The notes under the pieces are model-generated. The model made no database searches and was not told the DNA's origin. It saw nothing but the letters and a program-made list of their open reading frames with translations. Shown piece after piece: positions 9,963-19,863 of a stretch of DNA of 64,000 bases (positions are counted from its first letter, which is position 1; the number at the start of each line of letters is the position of its first letter). The stretch spans positions 864,001 through 928,000 of the forward strand of contig CAWHBU010000002.1 of assembly GCA_963827685.1 (NCBI GenBank), written 5' to 3'. Made by a program: the position numbers and the translations under genes. This stretch comes from an uncultured delta proteobacterium. GTDB taxonomy: Bacteria > Desulfobacterota > BSN033 > UBA1163.

Positions 9963-11315
9963 ATGTGCGGTATCTTTGGGATTTATGATCATCTTGAAGC
10001 ATCCAATCTCGCCTATTTAGGTCTCTATGCCCTTCAGCACCGGGGTCAGGAGAGTGCGGGGATCGTCTCCTCAGATAACAGGCAACTCCATCATTACCGC
10101 CAGATGGGACTGGTCTCCGAGATCTTCACCAAAGATATTCTGAAGAAACTCCTTGGAAAAAGTGCCATCGGTCACGTTCGTTATTCCACTGCTGGATCGA
10201 GCGAGCTCAAAAATGCGCAGCCTTTCATGGTGGAATACTATAAGGGTAGTCTCGCCATCGCCCACAACGGGAATTTGTCCAATGCTTCTCTCATCCATAG
10301 CGAACTCGAATCAAGGGGATCTATTTTCCAGTCGAACATGGATACCGAAGTAATCGTTCACCTCATTGCCCGCTCTAAAGAGAAAACCTTTATAGAGCGA
10401 ACGGTCCATGCCCTCAAACAGGTTGAAGGAGCTTACTCTTTACTCATTCTGACGGAAAAAGAAATGGTCGCCGCCAGGGATCCTTTTGGTTTCAGGCCAT
10501 TGGTCCTCGGTCAGCTTAAGGATGCACCTGTGGTTGCCTCCGAGACTTGCGCTTTTGACCTTATCGGTGCCAAGTTTGTGAGGGAGATCGAACCGGGGGA
10601 AATTCTCCTCATCAACGAAGAAGGAATCAAATCGTTTAAACCTTTTCCTCACAAACCACGTCATCAGTGCATCTTTGAGTTCATCTACTTTGCCCGACCT
10701 GACAGCTTCATCTTCAATAGAAACGTCTATGAGGTCAGAAAATCCTTCGGAGTCCAACTTGCCAAGGAATCGCCTGCAGAGGTAGATATGGTCGTTCCTA
10801 TTCCTGATTCCGGATTCCCGGCCACATTGGGCTATGCGTCCGAATCCAAAATCCCGCTGGAGCTTGGAATGATAAGAAATCATTATATAGGACGGACGTT
10901 CATCGAACCTGAACAACGAATTCGGCACTTCGGTGTAAAAATCAAATTGAACCCGGTAAAAGAATTGTTAAAAGGCAAAAAGATTATCACCGTGGATGAC
11001 TCCATTGTCCGGGCAACCACCAGTCGAAAGATTAATAAGATGTTTCGAAATGCAGGCGCCAAAGAAGTTCATGTCAGAATCAGCTCTCCGCCCATCACGA
11101 ACCCTTGTTTCTTCGGCATTGATACGCCCAAAAGATCAGAGCTGATCGCCTCCTCCCATAAGATCAAGGAGATTCAGAAGTTTATTAATGCAAGTTCTCT
11201 ACATTATTTAACTTTAGAGGGTCTAAAAAAATGCGTGAGGGAGGACGCTGAGTCTTTCTGTTATGCCTGCTTCACAGGAGATTACCCCATTCCTTTCCAA
11301 ATGAATTTAGAGTAG
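9963..11315 (+). CDS. purF: Amidophosphoribosyltransferase
   Basis: MCGIFG N-terminal Cys nucleophile, LQHRGQESAG, GHVRYST, VDDSIVR; SD aaggag before ATG 9963. Confidence 0.97.
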   Translation: MCGIFGIYDHLEASNLAYLGLYALQHRGQESAGIVSSDNRQLHHYRQMGLVSEIFTKDILKKLLGKSAIGHVRYSTAGSSELKNAQPFMVEYYKGSLAIAHNGNLSNASLIHSELESRGSIFQSNMDTEVIVHLIARSKEKTFIERTVHALKQVEGAYSLLILTEKEMVAARDPFGFRPLVLGQLKDAPVVASETCAFDLIGAKFVREIEPGEILLINEEGIKSFKPFPHKPRHQCIFEFIYFARPDSFIFNRNVYEVRKSFGVQLAKESPAEVDMVVPIPDSGFPATLGYASESKIPLELGMIRNHYIGRTFIEPEQRIRHFGVKIKLNPVKELLKGKKIITVDDSIVRATTSRKINKMFRNAGAKEVHVRISSPPITNPCFFGIDTPKRSELIASSHKIKEIQKFINASSLHYLTLEGLKKCVREDAESFCYACFTGDYPIPFQMNLE

Positions 11316-11500
11316 GTTCATTTTTTCCTTATCGCGCTTATGAACTTCCCTTCAACTCACCTCCTTTCAACTGGTTGCTAACCTCCTGTTCAGTCTCGCT
11401 AATTTATAACTCTACTGTTAGCGAAAAGAGATTTAGAGGAAAAGTGCCAGACCGATTACAGGTTTGCAGTCAGCAGGGATTGCCATAGAGCCTTTCCCAT

Positions 11501-11923
11501 CTATTTGCATACTGCTTTGTATAGGCTCTCATCAACAGATTCTGGGGGAATAATTTTCCAGGCCGGCAAGCGGTCTTGAGCTGAATTAGCGTATAAAATC
11601 TTTCCCTCTGCGGAATATTCGGTAATCGATAAAATACGATCCTTTTTTTCTGCGCAATTGATTTCCAATAATTCCAACGAATAACTCAAATCTGCATAAT
11701 GTTTTCCAAACTTTTTTACAATCCCAGTTACACCTTCTTTTGTATATTCTAATTTGGCCCAAACATCCACAATGTTTTTTGATGAGGGAGTCGCATCTTC
11801 CGCATCATAAAAACATTCATACAAATCAGTCTCTGCAAATAACTTCCAATCCGCCCCCCACACTTCCGCATGGAAACAGAGAATAAGTCCGATGCATAAA
11901 GACTTAACCAATAATGATTTCAT
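11501..11923 (-). CDS. Exported small beta-rich protein, surface-adhesin E-like
   Basis: Signal peptide; WK..., VDVWAK, LEINCAEKK, terminal YKAVCK; paralog of next ORF. Confidence 0.6.
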   Translation of the reverse strand: MKSLLVKSLCIGLILCFHAEVWGADWKLFAETDLYECFYDAEDATPSSKNIVDVWAKLEYTKEGVTGIVKKFGKHYADLSYSLELLEINCAEKKDRILSITEYSAEGKILYANSAQDRLPAWKIIPPESVDESLYKAVCK

Positions 11924-11980
11924 TCAATTTACCTCCTTTTTCTTTGGCCTTGACTTGCTCGGTTTCACCTCCTCTCTCAT

Positions 11981-12391
11981 TTATTCACATACTGCTTCGG
12001 ATAGACTCTTGCCGAGAGATTCTGACAGGCGTCCTTTAGCCGGTTTCGTGCTTATAATATTCCCTGTTACGGAATATTGACTACTGGACGACATACGCCG
12101 CGTTTTTCCTCGACAATCAACTTCCCATAACTGCAACGAATAACTCAAATTCTCATAATCCTTCCCAAACTCTCTTACATACGCAGCTACACCTTTCTCT
12201 GTATATTCTAATTTTACCGAGACCAGCACAGTGCCTTTATACAGAAGATGTGACTTGCTCACATAATAGAAACCTTCATACAAATCAGTTGAGCTGAAAG
12301 ATTTCCAACGCGCCTCCCGCATTCCCGCGCAGCCAAACATAGCAAGTCCGATTACAAGGACAACTCCCGACTTAACTGATACTGATTTCAA
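11981..12391 (-). CDS. Lipoprotein, surface-adhesin E-like paralog
   Basis: Start moved to TTG 12391 after SD aggggtg; lipobox-like LAMFGC; shares TDLYE.FY, KLEYT, LSYSL, AVC with neighbour. Confidence 0.55.
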   Translation of the reverse strand: MKSVSVKSGVVLVIGLAMFGCAGMREARWKSFSSTDLYEGFYYVSKSHLLYKGTVLVSVKLEYTEKGVAAYVREFGKDYENLSYSLQLWEVDCRGKTRRMSSSSQYSVTGNIISTKPAKGRLSESLGKSLSEAVCE

Positions 12392-12395
12392 TTGG

Positions 12396-12677
12396 TCACC
12401 CCTTTCCGAAAATTCGTATCTCTTTGAGTTTTGTAATTGCTCTATAACCAACCCAAATCCCGACTGTATTGATTCCCCAACTGATAATTATAGTCGGCCA
12501 TATCGGTAAGCAAAATCCAAGAAAGGGACTGAAAAAATTCAGAAGTATCAATAACAGTATTGCCCAGAGGTTCTTCTCCACCTTCACAAGAATCGATTGA
12601 AGGGTGAAATGATCAGAAACGCCAACGCTATCCGAGGCATAAATGGAGAGTGGCTCGTGCTTTTTCAGTGCTGCCAT
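12396..12677 (-). CDS. Hypothetical membrane protein
   Basis: 93 aa ORF with two hydrophobic segments, co-oriented with neighbours. Confidence 0.4.
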   Translation of the reverse strand: MAALKKHEPLSIYASDSVGVSDHFTLQSILVKVEKNLWAILLLILLNFFSPFLGFCLPIWPTIIISWGINTVGIWVGYRAITKLKEIRIFGKG

Positions 12678-12698
12678 TTAACTCGCTTTCCTTTCTTG

Positions 12699-12815
12699 CT
12701 ATACCATTTTCCCGATTTCAAGGTTTACCACCCTCACTATCTCCAAAAACTCCTCTTTGCTTAAAATTCCCTCTTCCACAAGCAACCTAAATAATGGCCC
12801 CTGGGCATCCTCCAT
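12699..12815 (-). CDS. Small hypothetical protein or gene remnant
   Basis: Manual translation MEDAQGPLFRLLVEEGILSKEEFLEIVRVVNLEIGKMV*. Confidence 0.35.
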   Translation of the reverse strand: MEDAQGPLFRLLVEEGILSKEEFLEIVRVVNLEIGKMV

Positions 12816-12929
12816 GACGTGAGAAATAGACTTCCCAGCTGGGAGGCTTTTCTTGGGTTAGGGTGATTGATAGAGATAAACCTATCAGGAGCGTAATGGT
12901 AAAAATGCCAACTAAAGTCGTTATGCACC

Positions 12930-13079
12930 TCATGATTTTCCTTCCATTTTCTTCAAATACTCATCAATAGCCCTTCTCACATGAACAGCAACCGGAGCAC
13001 CAGTTTTCCCCGACAATGCCCTAAGCTTCTTTTGTTGAACCCTGGTTAGAAAGATGTTGGTTCTTATCTTGGTTATCAT
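12930..13079 (-). CDS. Ribbon-helix-helix (CopG-like) protein, 49 aa
   Basis: Below track cutoff. MITKIRTNIFLTRVQQKKLRALSGKTGAPVAVHVRRAIDEYLKKMEGKS; strong SD GGGAGGTG. Confidence 0.8.
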   Translation of the reverse strand: MITKIRTNIFLTRVQQKKLRALSGKTGAPVAVHVRRAIDEYLKKMEGKS

Positions 13080-13095
13080 GCCCTCACCTCCCTTT

Positions 13096-13137
13096 TATAT
13101 GTATATGCCATTATACACCTATATATGTATTTGTCAA
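13096..13137 (-). promoter_or_regulatory. Sigma70 promoter with candidate RHH operator
   Basis: Minus strand TTGACA-16nt-TATAAT; direct repeat ATACATATA in spacer and downstream of -10. Confidence 0.7.
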
Positions 13138-13428
13138 GCTTTTTCTTTGGATTCTGGTGAATCCAAAGTTGTCCGCAATTTACCGTTGACTTTCGCTCTA
13201 TGGTTTTATAGAGTGCAGTCAAGGTCAGCATTTGGTTTTCTGTACCTCAAGAAAGCTGAAGACTCCTTCCTGAAGTCACTAAGTGGACATTTTAACAAAA
13301 CATGCTTGATGTGTATCGGTAATCCTCAATAGTCTTTTTGATCTTGACAACCAACTTTTGTTTTAATACATTCAATTCATCCCAAAGCAAGTTCTTATCG
13401 TTTTAATGTGGTCATCCCCCAGTAGTTC

Positions 13429-14442
13429 GTGGTGAGGTATGCTCAGATGGTGATAAAAAACACATGGGAGGCGAAGCTACTAAAGGAACACCATATGAAA
13501 TGCACACCTCAGACAGAACCCTTTCCCCATACAGAATATGAAACAAAAAGGCCCGAATCGACAATATATAACTTATGGGATGATCTGATAAATTTCTTGG
13601 CGAATAAATATCTTGATCCGAGCGAATGGGGATGGGTTTTTAAAGGTCTCAGAAAATACTCCTATAAGCTGGAAAGCACTCTTGACCGGAGACTGGAAAG
13701 GAGGAGAAAAGGAAGGGCACACCTCGGTAGGAGGGACCCCATCATAGGTCGACAGACGGCTGAAAATTATCTGCTGCGCCAGTTCAAGAGAGCTGCCCAT
13801 CATTTTGTCGGATCTTCCTTGCTGCCCGATAACCGGGATAACCGGCTAGAGTGGCTAGCTCTAATGCGACATTATGGGGCTCCAACAAGACTGCTTGATT
13901 TTACTCGCTCCCCTTACGTAGCCTGCTTCTTTGCGTTAGAAGAAACCGATATTCATAAAGGCAGAAAATGCGCCATTTGGGCTATCCATACTGACTGGCT
14001 AATAAATGCCGGTGTTTCTCAAATCTCAAAACAGATTCCATACTACCACGACCTCAACAAGAGTAACCTGCTGAATTCGAAGTTTATAGTGGAACACTTT
14101 GACAGCCTGTTTGTTAACAATTCAGTGCCAATGGTTTTGCCGATTGAGCCACCGAGATCAAATGCAAGGCTGTTAGCTCAGCAAGGTCTGTTTTTGTGCC
14201 CTGGCGCACCTGACAGGAGTTTCGATAAGAATCTGTCGTCTTACGCGGATGACACAGAGAATATGCAGAAGTACGTACATAAATTCAAAATAGAAGGTCG
14301 TATCTTTGCAGAAGCCATGTCCGAACTTTCTCATATGAATATTAGTCGAGCAACCCTTTTTCCGGATCTAGAAGGGTTTGGAACTTCCTTAGCTCATGAG
14401 TTAGAGGACAAGTCGTCAGATGAAATAGAAACGCTGCGGTAA
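13429..14442 (+). CDS. FRG-domain protein
   Basis: WVFKGL, WLALMRHYGAPTRLLDFTRSPYVACFFA, NARLLAQQGLF, TLFPDLEG; start uncertain. Confidence 0.85.
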   Translation: MVRYAQMVIKNTWEAKLLKEHHMKCTPQTEPFPHTEYETKRPESTIYNLWDDLINFLANKYLDPSEWGWVFKGLRKYSYKLESTLDRRLERRRKGRAHLGRRDPIIGRQTAENYLLRQFKRAAHHFVGSSLLPDNRDNRLEWLALMRHYGAPTRLLDFTRSPYVACFFALEETDIHKGRKCAIWAIHTDWLINAGVSQISKQIPYYHDLNKSNLLNSKFIVEHFDSLFVNNSVPMVLPIEPPRSNARLLAQQGLFLCPGAPDRSFDKNLSSYADDTENMQKYVHKFKIEGRIFAEAMSELSHMNISRATLFPDLEGFGTSLAHELEDKSSDEIETLR

Positions 14443-14710
14443 CCAAACCCAATCTATCTTATGAATTATGCGTATTTCAACCAATAATAGTTAACTTTCA
14501 GGATCACTTGATGGCGAAGACCTGTGGTGTACTCCTGAAAAAAAGAAAATCAATATTCGGTTGTCAAAGAGAAAGACAGTGTCAAATGGCACTGCCTTTT
14601 TGCTTCCGAAGAGTACTTCCTGAAAGAGTGATTCCTGAAAATTACCCCTCTATAAAAGCTTTCAAAGGGTAATCAACAAAAAGATAATTTTCACAATCTC
14701 ATTTTTGATA

Positions 14711-14738
14711 TTGACAAAATGGTTTTTTTTGGTATCGT
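14711..14738 (+). promoter_or_regulatory. Sigma70-like promoter
   Basis: TTGACA at 14711 followed by TATCGT at -10-like spacing. Confidence 0.45.
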
Positions 14739-14952
14739 GGATTCAACAGTCGTGATAATATTTCTCTCTCCAAAGGGGGTGGTAGGTGCATAAAGACCTT
14801 TAAAAGTTCCCCTATACAAATTAGAATTTTCCTCCTGAAAGTCAGATCCATCAGCAGTTTCAGATCTTCTCTCTGACTAAAATTTTTAAAGGCCCTGCAA
14901 ACAAAAAAAATCTAAAAATGAAGGATTTAATCCCGATAAAGCCAAACCTTTC

Positions 14953-15018
14953 GTGAGGTGCACGGGCTGTCTGGAATGCGTCTCCTTCTGCCCCCGGAAA
15001 GCTATCTCGGTTCAGTAA
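14953..15018 (+). pseudogene. 4Fe-4S ferredoxin C-terminal fragment
   Basis: Encodes RCTGCLECVSFCPRKAISVQ* (CxxCxxCxxxCP) with no convincing start or SD. Confidence 0.6.
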
Positions 15019-15222
15019 TCGAAGTCTAACCAGTAAATCGAAGCGGACGTTCCAAACCAACCTCAACCTTCCCACGCAGAGTGGGCGGCGTCTGCTTTCC
15101 TTGCTTTTTCCATTATGCACATTTCTAAACAGTAATCGCTGCCTGAAGGTGAGGAACTTAAAGGCCCAGAAGAGAAGAAACAAATAAGAGGCAGAAGAGG
15201 CCTTCGTGGAGGTTCGAGACAC

Positions 15223-16971
15223 ATGGAACAAATTCGATTCTGTAAGACTGCCGATGGCGTCCGCATAGCTTACTCGACCATGGGCCAGGGTCCGCCAGTA
15301 GTCCTGGTTCCAGGGTGGGTTAGCCATTTGCAGCTGCAGTGGGACCATCCGGCCGCGCAGGCCTTTTTTGAAAAGGCGACTCGCTATCATACCTTAATAA
15401 CTTACGATAGATATGGCTGTGGTCTCTCAGAAAGGAACCGGACAGACTTCTCGCCGGAGTCTGAGCTTCGGGTACTGGAAGATGTCGTCGACCATCTCAA
15501 ACTCAAGCGCTTCGCACTTTTGGGTTTTTCCCAAGGAGGCTCAGTTGCCATAGCTTACGCAGTTAAACATCTTCGGCGTGTCACGCATCTCATACTATAT
15601 GGAGCCTATGCCCATGGTGACGCGCTATCTTCGGACGAACTCAAGACGGTGTTCAAATCATTAGTCCGAGCACACTGGGGGATTGGTTCCAAGACTCTTA
15701 CCGACCTGTTTTTACCCAAAGCTGAAGCATCCGCAGTCCAATGGTTTACCCGCTTTCAGCGTGAGGCCGCTACTCCCGAAATGGCTGCCCGGATATTGGA
15801 CATCTCCTACGGTGTTAATGTTATTGATCTGCTCCCCAGGGTCCGTGTGCCTACTTTGGTGATACATCGACGGGGGGATCGGATGGTACCCTTCAAACTT
15901 GGAAGAGAGATGGCATCTTTGATCCCAAAGGCTCGCTTTGTTCCTCTGGAAGGAGATATGCATATTTTCTTCTTGGGTGATGCCGATGCAGTACTACGTG
16001 TCATCGCTGAGTTCCTTGGTGATCCAGTCGATGTTACTCCATCGAAACCAGATGCAAAACCTGACACTCAAACGCGAGATCAGACAGCGGAGGATGCTGT
16101 GGCCCAGGAAGCACGTTCATTGATAGAGAAATTGGATGAAGTCGTGCTGTCGCGGTATCGGGTCATTGGCAGCTACACTCGCTATGAGGAGGCGGTTCGT
16201 AACACCCTGAAGGATGCGCGGGCGAGGATCGCAACTGGTTGCCTACAACCGAGCAGGAAGCGGGAGAATCATCTCATCTGGGCTGCGCCTGGGAGTGGCA
16301 AAACATACTTCGTCCAACAAATCAGTGCCTCGCTTCCCAGTACCATCCGCTATCAAGAACTCAACCTTGCTAAATGCGGTGAGCAGGAATTCCGCTCCGG
16401 GTTAAGCGGATTTGATTGTAAAGATAGCCCATATCTCTGCCTAATCGATGAGTGTGATGCCAAGCCGCAGGAACCCTGGCCTTATGAGATACTTCTTCCT
16501 TACCTAGATGCTTCCGTCGAGCGAGGTGCACCACTTGTGTTTGTCCTAGCCGGAAGCGGGGGGGCGAATTTAGATGAGATAAAGAAGCGGATTGCCATTC
16601 GGCCCAAAGGGCCTGATCTTCTCAGCCGGATTCCAGCTGGTAATGAATATCAAATCATGCCATTAAACATTGGCGACCGCATTGTTGTTGTTTTGAGCCA
16701 ATTCCTGGAAGTCGGAAAAGAATGCAATCGAGAAATTAAGTCAGTTGAAAAACTTGGTCTTTATTATGTCGCTCTCAATTCTCGCTTGGCCAATGCTCGT
16801 CAGTTGCGCGAATTTGCTGTCCGCGCTATTGAGCGCGTGCCACCCAATGACGACCGTGTAAAATATGACCATCTTTTTAGTGCTGGAGATCCAGAGAACA
16901 AAGCCTTCTGGCTTCAAGCACAGCCCACTGCAGTAGGTTTCGTGAACTCCTTTGCGATGCTGAAAGATTAG
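15223..16971 (+). CDS. Alpha/beta-hydrolase fused to AAA+-like P-loop ATPase
   Basis: GVRIAY, GFSQGG, HRRGDRMVP, GDMH; then AAPGSGKT, CLIDECD, NARQLR. Confidence 0.75.
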   Translation: MEQIRFCKTADGVRIAYSTMGQGPPVVLVPGWVSHLQLQWDHPAAQAFFEKATRYHTLITYDRYGCGLSERNRTDFSPESELRVLEDVVDHLKLKRFALLGFSQGGSVAIAYAVKHLRRVTHLILYGAYAHGDALSSDELKTVFKSLVRAHWGIGSKTLTDLFLPKAEASAVQWFTRFQREAATPEMAARILDISYGVNVIDLLPRVRVPTLVIHRRGDRMVPFKLGREMASLIPKARFVPLEGDMHIFFLGDADAVLRVIAEFLGDPVDVTPSKPDAKPDTQTRDQTAEDAVAQEARSLIEKLDEVVLSRYRVIGSYTRYEEAVRNTLKDARARIATGCLQPSRKRENHLIWAAPGSGKTYFVQQISASLPSTIRYQELNLAKCGEQEFRSGLSGFDCKDSPYLCLIDECDAKPQEPWPYEILLPYLDASVERGAPLVFVLAGSGGANLDEIKKRIAIRPKGPDLLSRIPAGNEYQIMPLNIGDRIVVVLSQFLEVGKECNREIKSVEKLGLYYVALNSRLANARQLREFAVRAIERVPPNDDRVKYDHLFSAGDPENKAFWLQAQPTAVGFVNSFAMLKD

Positions 16972-17077
16972 GAACTAAAAAACACACTTTCAATCCATAA
17001 TCTTCAATCCTCGAATATTGTTCCCGTCGAAGATTTGTAGGTGTACTTCTCAAAAAAGAAAACCAATATTCAATTGT

Positions 17078-17183
17078 GAAGCTCCTCGCCAACAGGGCGA
17101 GGCTTCCCGGCATTGTATTTATTCTCATATTGTCCCCCTGGGCCCGCCTGCAAGGCGGGCCTTGTGGGGGACGTTCCGGCCAA
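17078..17183. mobile_element. Non-autonomous element resembling joined IS200/IS605-type hairpin ends
   Basis: gaagctcctcgcc...ggcgaggcttc and cccgcctgcaaggcggg hairpins; homologous to 54910-55042. Confidence 0.55.
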
Positions 17184-17383
17184 AGAGCGAGGCAGGGTCA
17201 GAGATGGTTCTGCCTTTTTTGTTTTTGAAAAATACTCCTGAACTCGTGATTTTCAAGAGTCCTCCTCTTGTACAACCTTTCAAGTGGTATCGGAACAGGT
17301 CGATAGAAAAATTAGAGAAGGATAAGAGGCTGAGGCTCCACCAATCAAGAAAATTTTGTGGGATAGATTGCAAGTATGTTTGG

Positions 17384-17722
17384 CTAAGGTTTAGACTTGG
17401 ATTTCTTTTTCGCTTTACTCGCTGTTATCTTTTTCAATTCTGCCACACCCGCTATCAGTTTCTCCCATTCAGATTTTATCTGGTCTCTCTCCTTTTCAAC
17501 TTTTAATATTTTACGATAGAGAGAAAGCACTCTCAAAAAGATTTTTGCTTTCTCATCGTCCACCTGTCTTCCATCACAATAATCCCTAAGATACTTCTCG
17601 GCCGTTGCCACCAATGGTTTAAAAAGTTCTGAATCTTTCTTTTTCATCTTTTTCATCCTTTGTATTTGTTTTATACCCCGCATCATGCCGAAGATTTTAC
17701 CAGCAAATACAGACAGACGCAA
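17384..17722 (-). CDS. Hypothetical basic helical protein
   Basis: ORF only; start uncertain. Confidence 0.4.
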   Translation of the reverse strand: MRLSVFAGKIFGMMRGIKQIQRMKKMKKKDSELFKPLVATAEKYLRDYCDGRQVDDEKAKIFLRVLSLYRKILKVEKERDQIKSEWEKLIAGVAELKKITASKAKKKSKSKP

Positions 17723-17832
17723 GAAAGAATATCATCATTGACATTACTGTCCAAATTAACCAGATGATGTAGCCGACGGACTCCGCCCCCAATCAATGAG
17801 GGCGCTACGATTCTTTTGTTGATACCCCAATA

Positions 17833-19863
17833 CTAACTATTGGACTCCATATTCTTTAATACAAACTCTGTAATATCCATTACGACAATAGGGATCTTTT
17901 TTCTACGGGCTGTGGTCTGGATGGTACGGACGCACTGCTGACAGGCAGTGATCACCATCTCAGCTCCTGTGGCCTTGATCTCCTCGATCTTAGCCTGTGC
18001 CAGTCCTGCTGAGAGCTCGGGGTTCACCATCTCAAGGTTACCCCCTCCTCCACAACATACGCACTGCTCTCTATTTCCTTTCATCTCCACCAATTCTACC
18101 CCCGGAATGCTCCGCAGGATTTCCCGTGGAGCTTCATAGACTCCACTGGCCCTGCCAAGGTCGCAGGGATCATGATAGGTAACTTTCGTTCTCTTCTCTT
18201 TGAAGCTGATCTTACCTTCATCGATTAACTTCTTGATGAATTCGGTAGAATGAAAAATCTCGATGTCCGTCTTACCTTCATCCATCCAGGTGTGGTAACA
18301 AGAGGGACAAGCAAAGACAATCCTTTCTGCCCCCTTCCCTTCCACTTTTTCCAAATTGTGTTGCATCAAAGCTTGGGCATCTTTCTTCATCCCTGCTGCA
18401 ATGAGAGGAAAACCACAGCACCACTCCTCCCCCCCTAAAATGGTGAAATCGACCCCGGCCTTACCCAATATTTGGACAAAGGATTGAGGGATCCTCTTCG
18501 TCATCGGGAAATAGGAAGCCACACACCCAACGAAGTAGACCACCTTCGCCTTTTCCCTCTGAAACATATCCTTGGGAACTTCAGCCAGGGCCTGCACCCA
18601 AGTGGGCCGATCCTCGTTTGGCTCACCGACGATGTTATGGACCCTTTTCAAAGTCTCCGCCAACTGGGACATAGTTTGAGGACACTCCCCCTTCTCGACC
18701 ATGAATTCTCGCGTCCCTATCCTCAGTTCCTTTGTGTCGATAAACGCAGGGCATGCCATCGCGCACCTTCCGCATAAGGTGCAGAGGTAGGGGTAGTCGG
18801 AATACTCCTTTGGCACATCCTTGGTCTTTGCGGACCCAAAGAACATCCCCGGTAAGCCGTATGTCTTCCTGACGAAAGACTTGAGGTTAGCAAACAATCC
18901 TCCCATGGTGGTCTCTAATTCTTGTGTTTGTGCATACACTGGACAAACATCCACACAACTGCCACATTTCACGCAAGAATCCAGAGCAATAAGGTTTTTG
19001 ACGGAAAGAGGGAGAGAAGTCTTTCGGGTTCCTGGTTTAAATGCCTCTTTGGGCATCAAGCTGATGAACATGACCATGGGTATCGTGACGATGTGCCAAA
19101 GCTTCTTATTAAACGGAATAAAGGCGACAAGCGTACCTAAGAACAATCCCGATACAGACCAAAGGGGATAGTTGAGAGAGTCCCATGGCAGCCCCAGAGG
19201 GGCAACGATTTTACTCAGGCCAAAGGAGACGAACCAATATTGGGCCACAGAGCTCGGAAGCTCATAAGTTACAATGCTCGTTGCCTCACAGAAAAATCGG
19301 AGGATGAACCATCCCCCTAAAAGGTTCACAGCGACGATATCTCCGATCGATGTCTCAAAAGTCACAGATTTTGCTACGAATCTCCGGTAGATGGCGATGA
19401 ACTCTCCCGTCAATATCATCGCTCCGAAGAGGTCGAATGAGATGGCAAAAAGGGCATCGGAAATATTCAAAGATGGGCTTGCCACCTCGCGAAAGTAGTA
19501 ATAGTCACAAAACGGTGCATAAAAGAACCGAATCAGGTGTGGAAACCTCTCGAAATCGGGCATTATCTCCGCTTTCAGATGACCCGCGATGAGGATTCCG
19601 GGGTAACCGATCATGATCAGAACCTTCATCAACCATCTCAATTTATCCTGGCCGAAAAGTCTCCTCTGGAGGATGCCGTCCAAGAACATAATCTGTATCA
19701 GCTTAACAATCTTTGCACTAAATAGGGTTGAGAAGACTCCTCTTACAAGGGCCCCCCAATGCCATTGCCCTCGCCAATAAAGGAATAGTCTCAAGGCGAG
19801 ACCAATGAAAAAGACTATTGCACCCAACATAAAAAAGGTCACAAAGAGTGGCTGGCCAGTCAC
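17833..19863 (-). CDS. Membrane-bound heterodisulfide-reductase-like Fe-S oxidoreductase (NarI-like TM + 2x4Fe-4S + 2 CCG domains)
   Basis: CVKCGSCVDVCP, CTLCGRCAMACP, WCCGFP, ACPSC, YHDPCDLGR, CCGGGG, ACQQC. Confidence 0.88.
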   Translation of the reverse strand: MTGQPLFVTFFMLGAIVFFIGLALRLFLYWRGQWHWGALVRGVFSTLFSAKIVKLIQIMFLDGILQRRLFGQDKLRWLMKVLIMIGYPGILIAGHLKAEIMPDFERFPHLIRFFYAPFCDYYYFREVASPSLNISDALFAISFDLFGAMILTGEFIAIYRRFVAKSVTFETSIGDIVAVNLLGGWFILRFFCEATSIVTYELPSSVAQYWFVSFGLSKIVAPLGLPWDSLNYPLWSVSGLFLGTLVAFIPFNKKLWHIVTIPMVMFISLMPKEAFKPGTRKTSLPLSVKNLIALDSCVKCGSCVDVCPVYAQTQELETTMGGLFANLKSFVRKTYGLPGMFFGSAKTKDVPKEYSDYPYLCTLCGRCAMACPAFIDTKELRIGTREFMVEKGECPQTMSQLAETLKRVHNIVGEPNEDRPTWVQALAEVPKDMFQREKAKVVYFVGCVASYFPMTKRIPQSFVQILGKAGVDFTILGGEEWCCGFPLIAAGMKKDAQALMQHNLEKVEGKGAERIVFACPSCYHTWMDEGKTDIEIFHSTEFIKKLIDEGKISFKEKRTKVTYHDPCDLGRASGVYEAPREILRSIPGVELVEMKGNREQCVCCGGGGNLEMVNPELSAGLAQAKIEEIKATGAEMVITACQQCVRTIQTTARRKKIPIVVMDITEFVLKNMESNS

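Noticed and set aside
14860-15390. 176-aa minus-strand ORF
   Set aside because: Overlaps the hydrolase start antisense; no recognisable domain.
17833-19863. Selenocysteine recoding in the Hdr-like protein
   Set aside because: All Cys motifs are complete in one open frame with no internal TGA.
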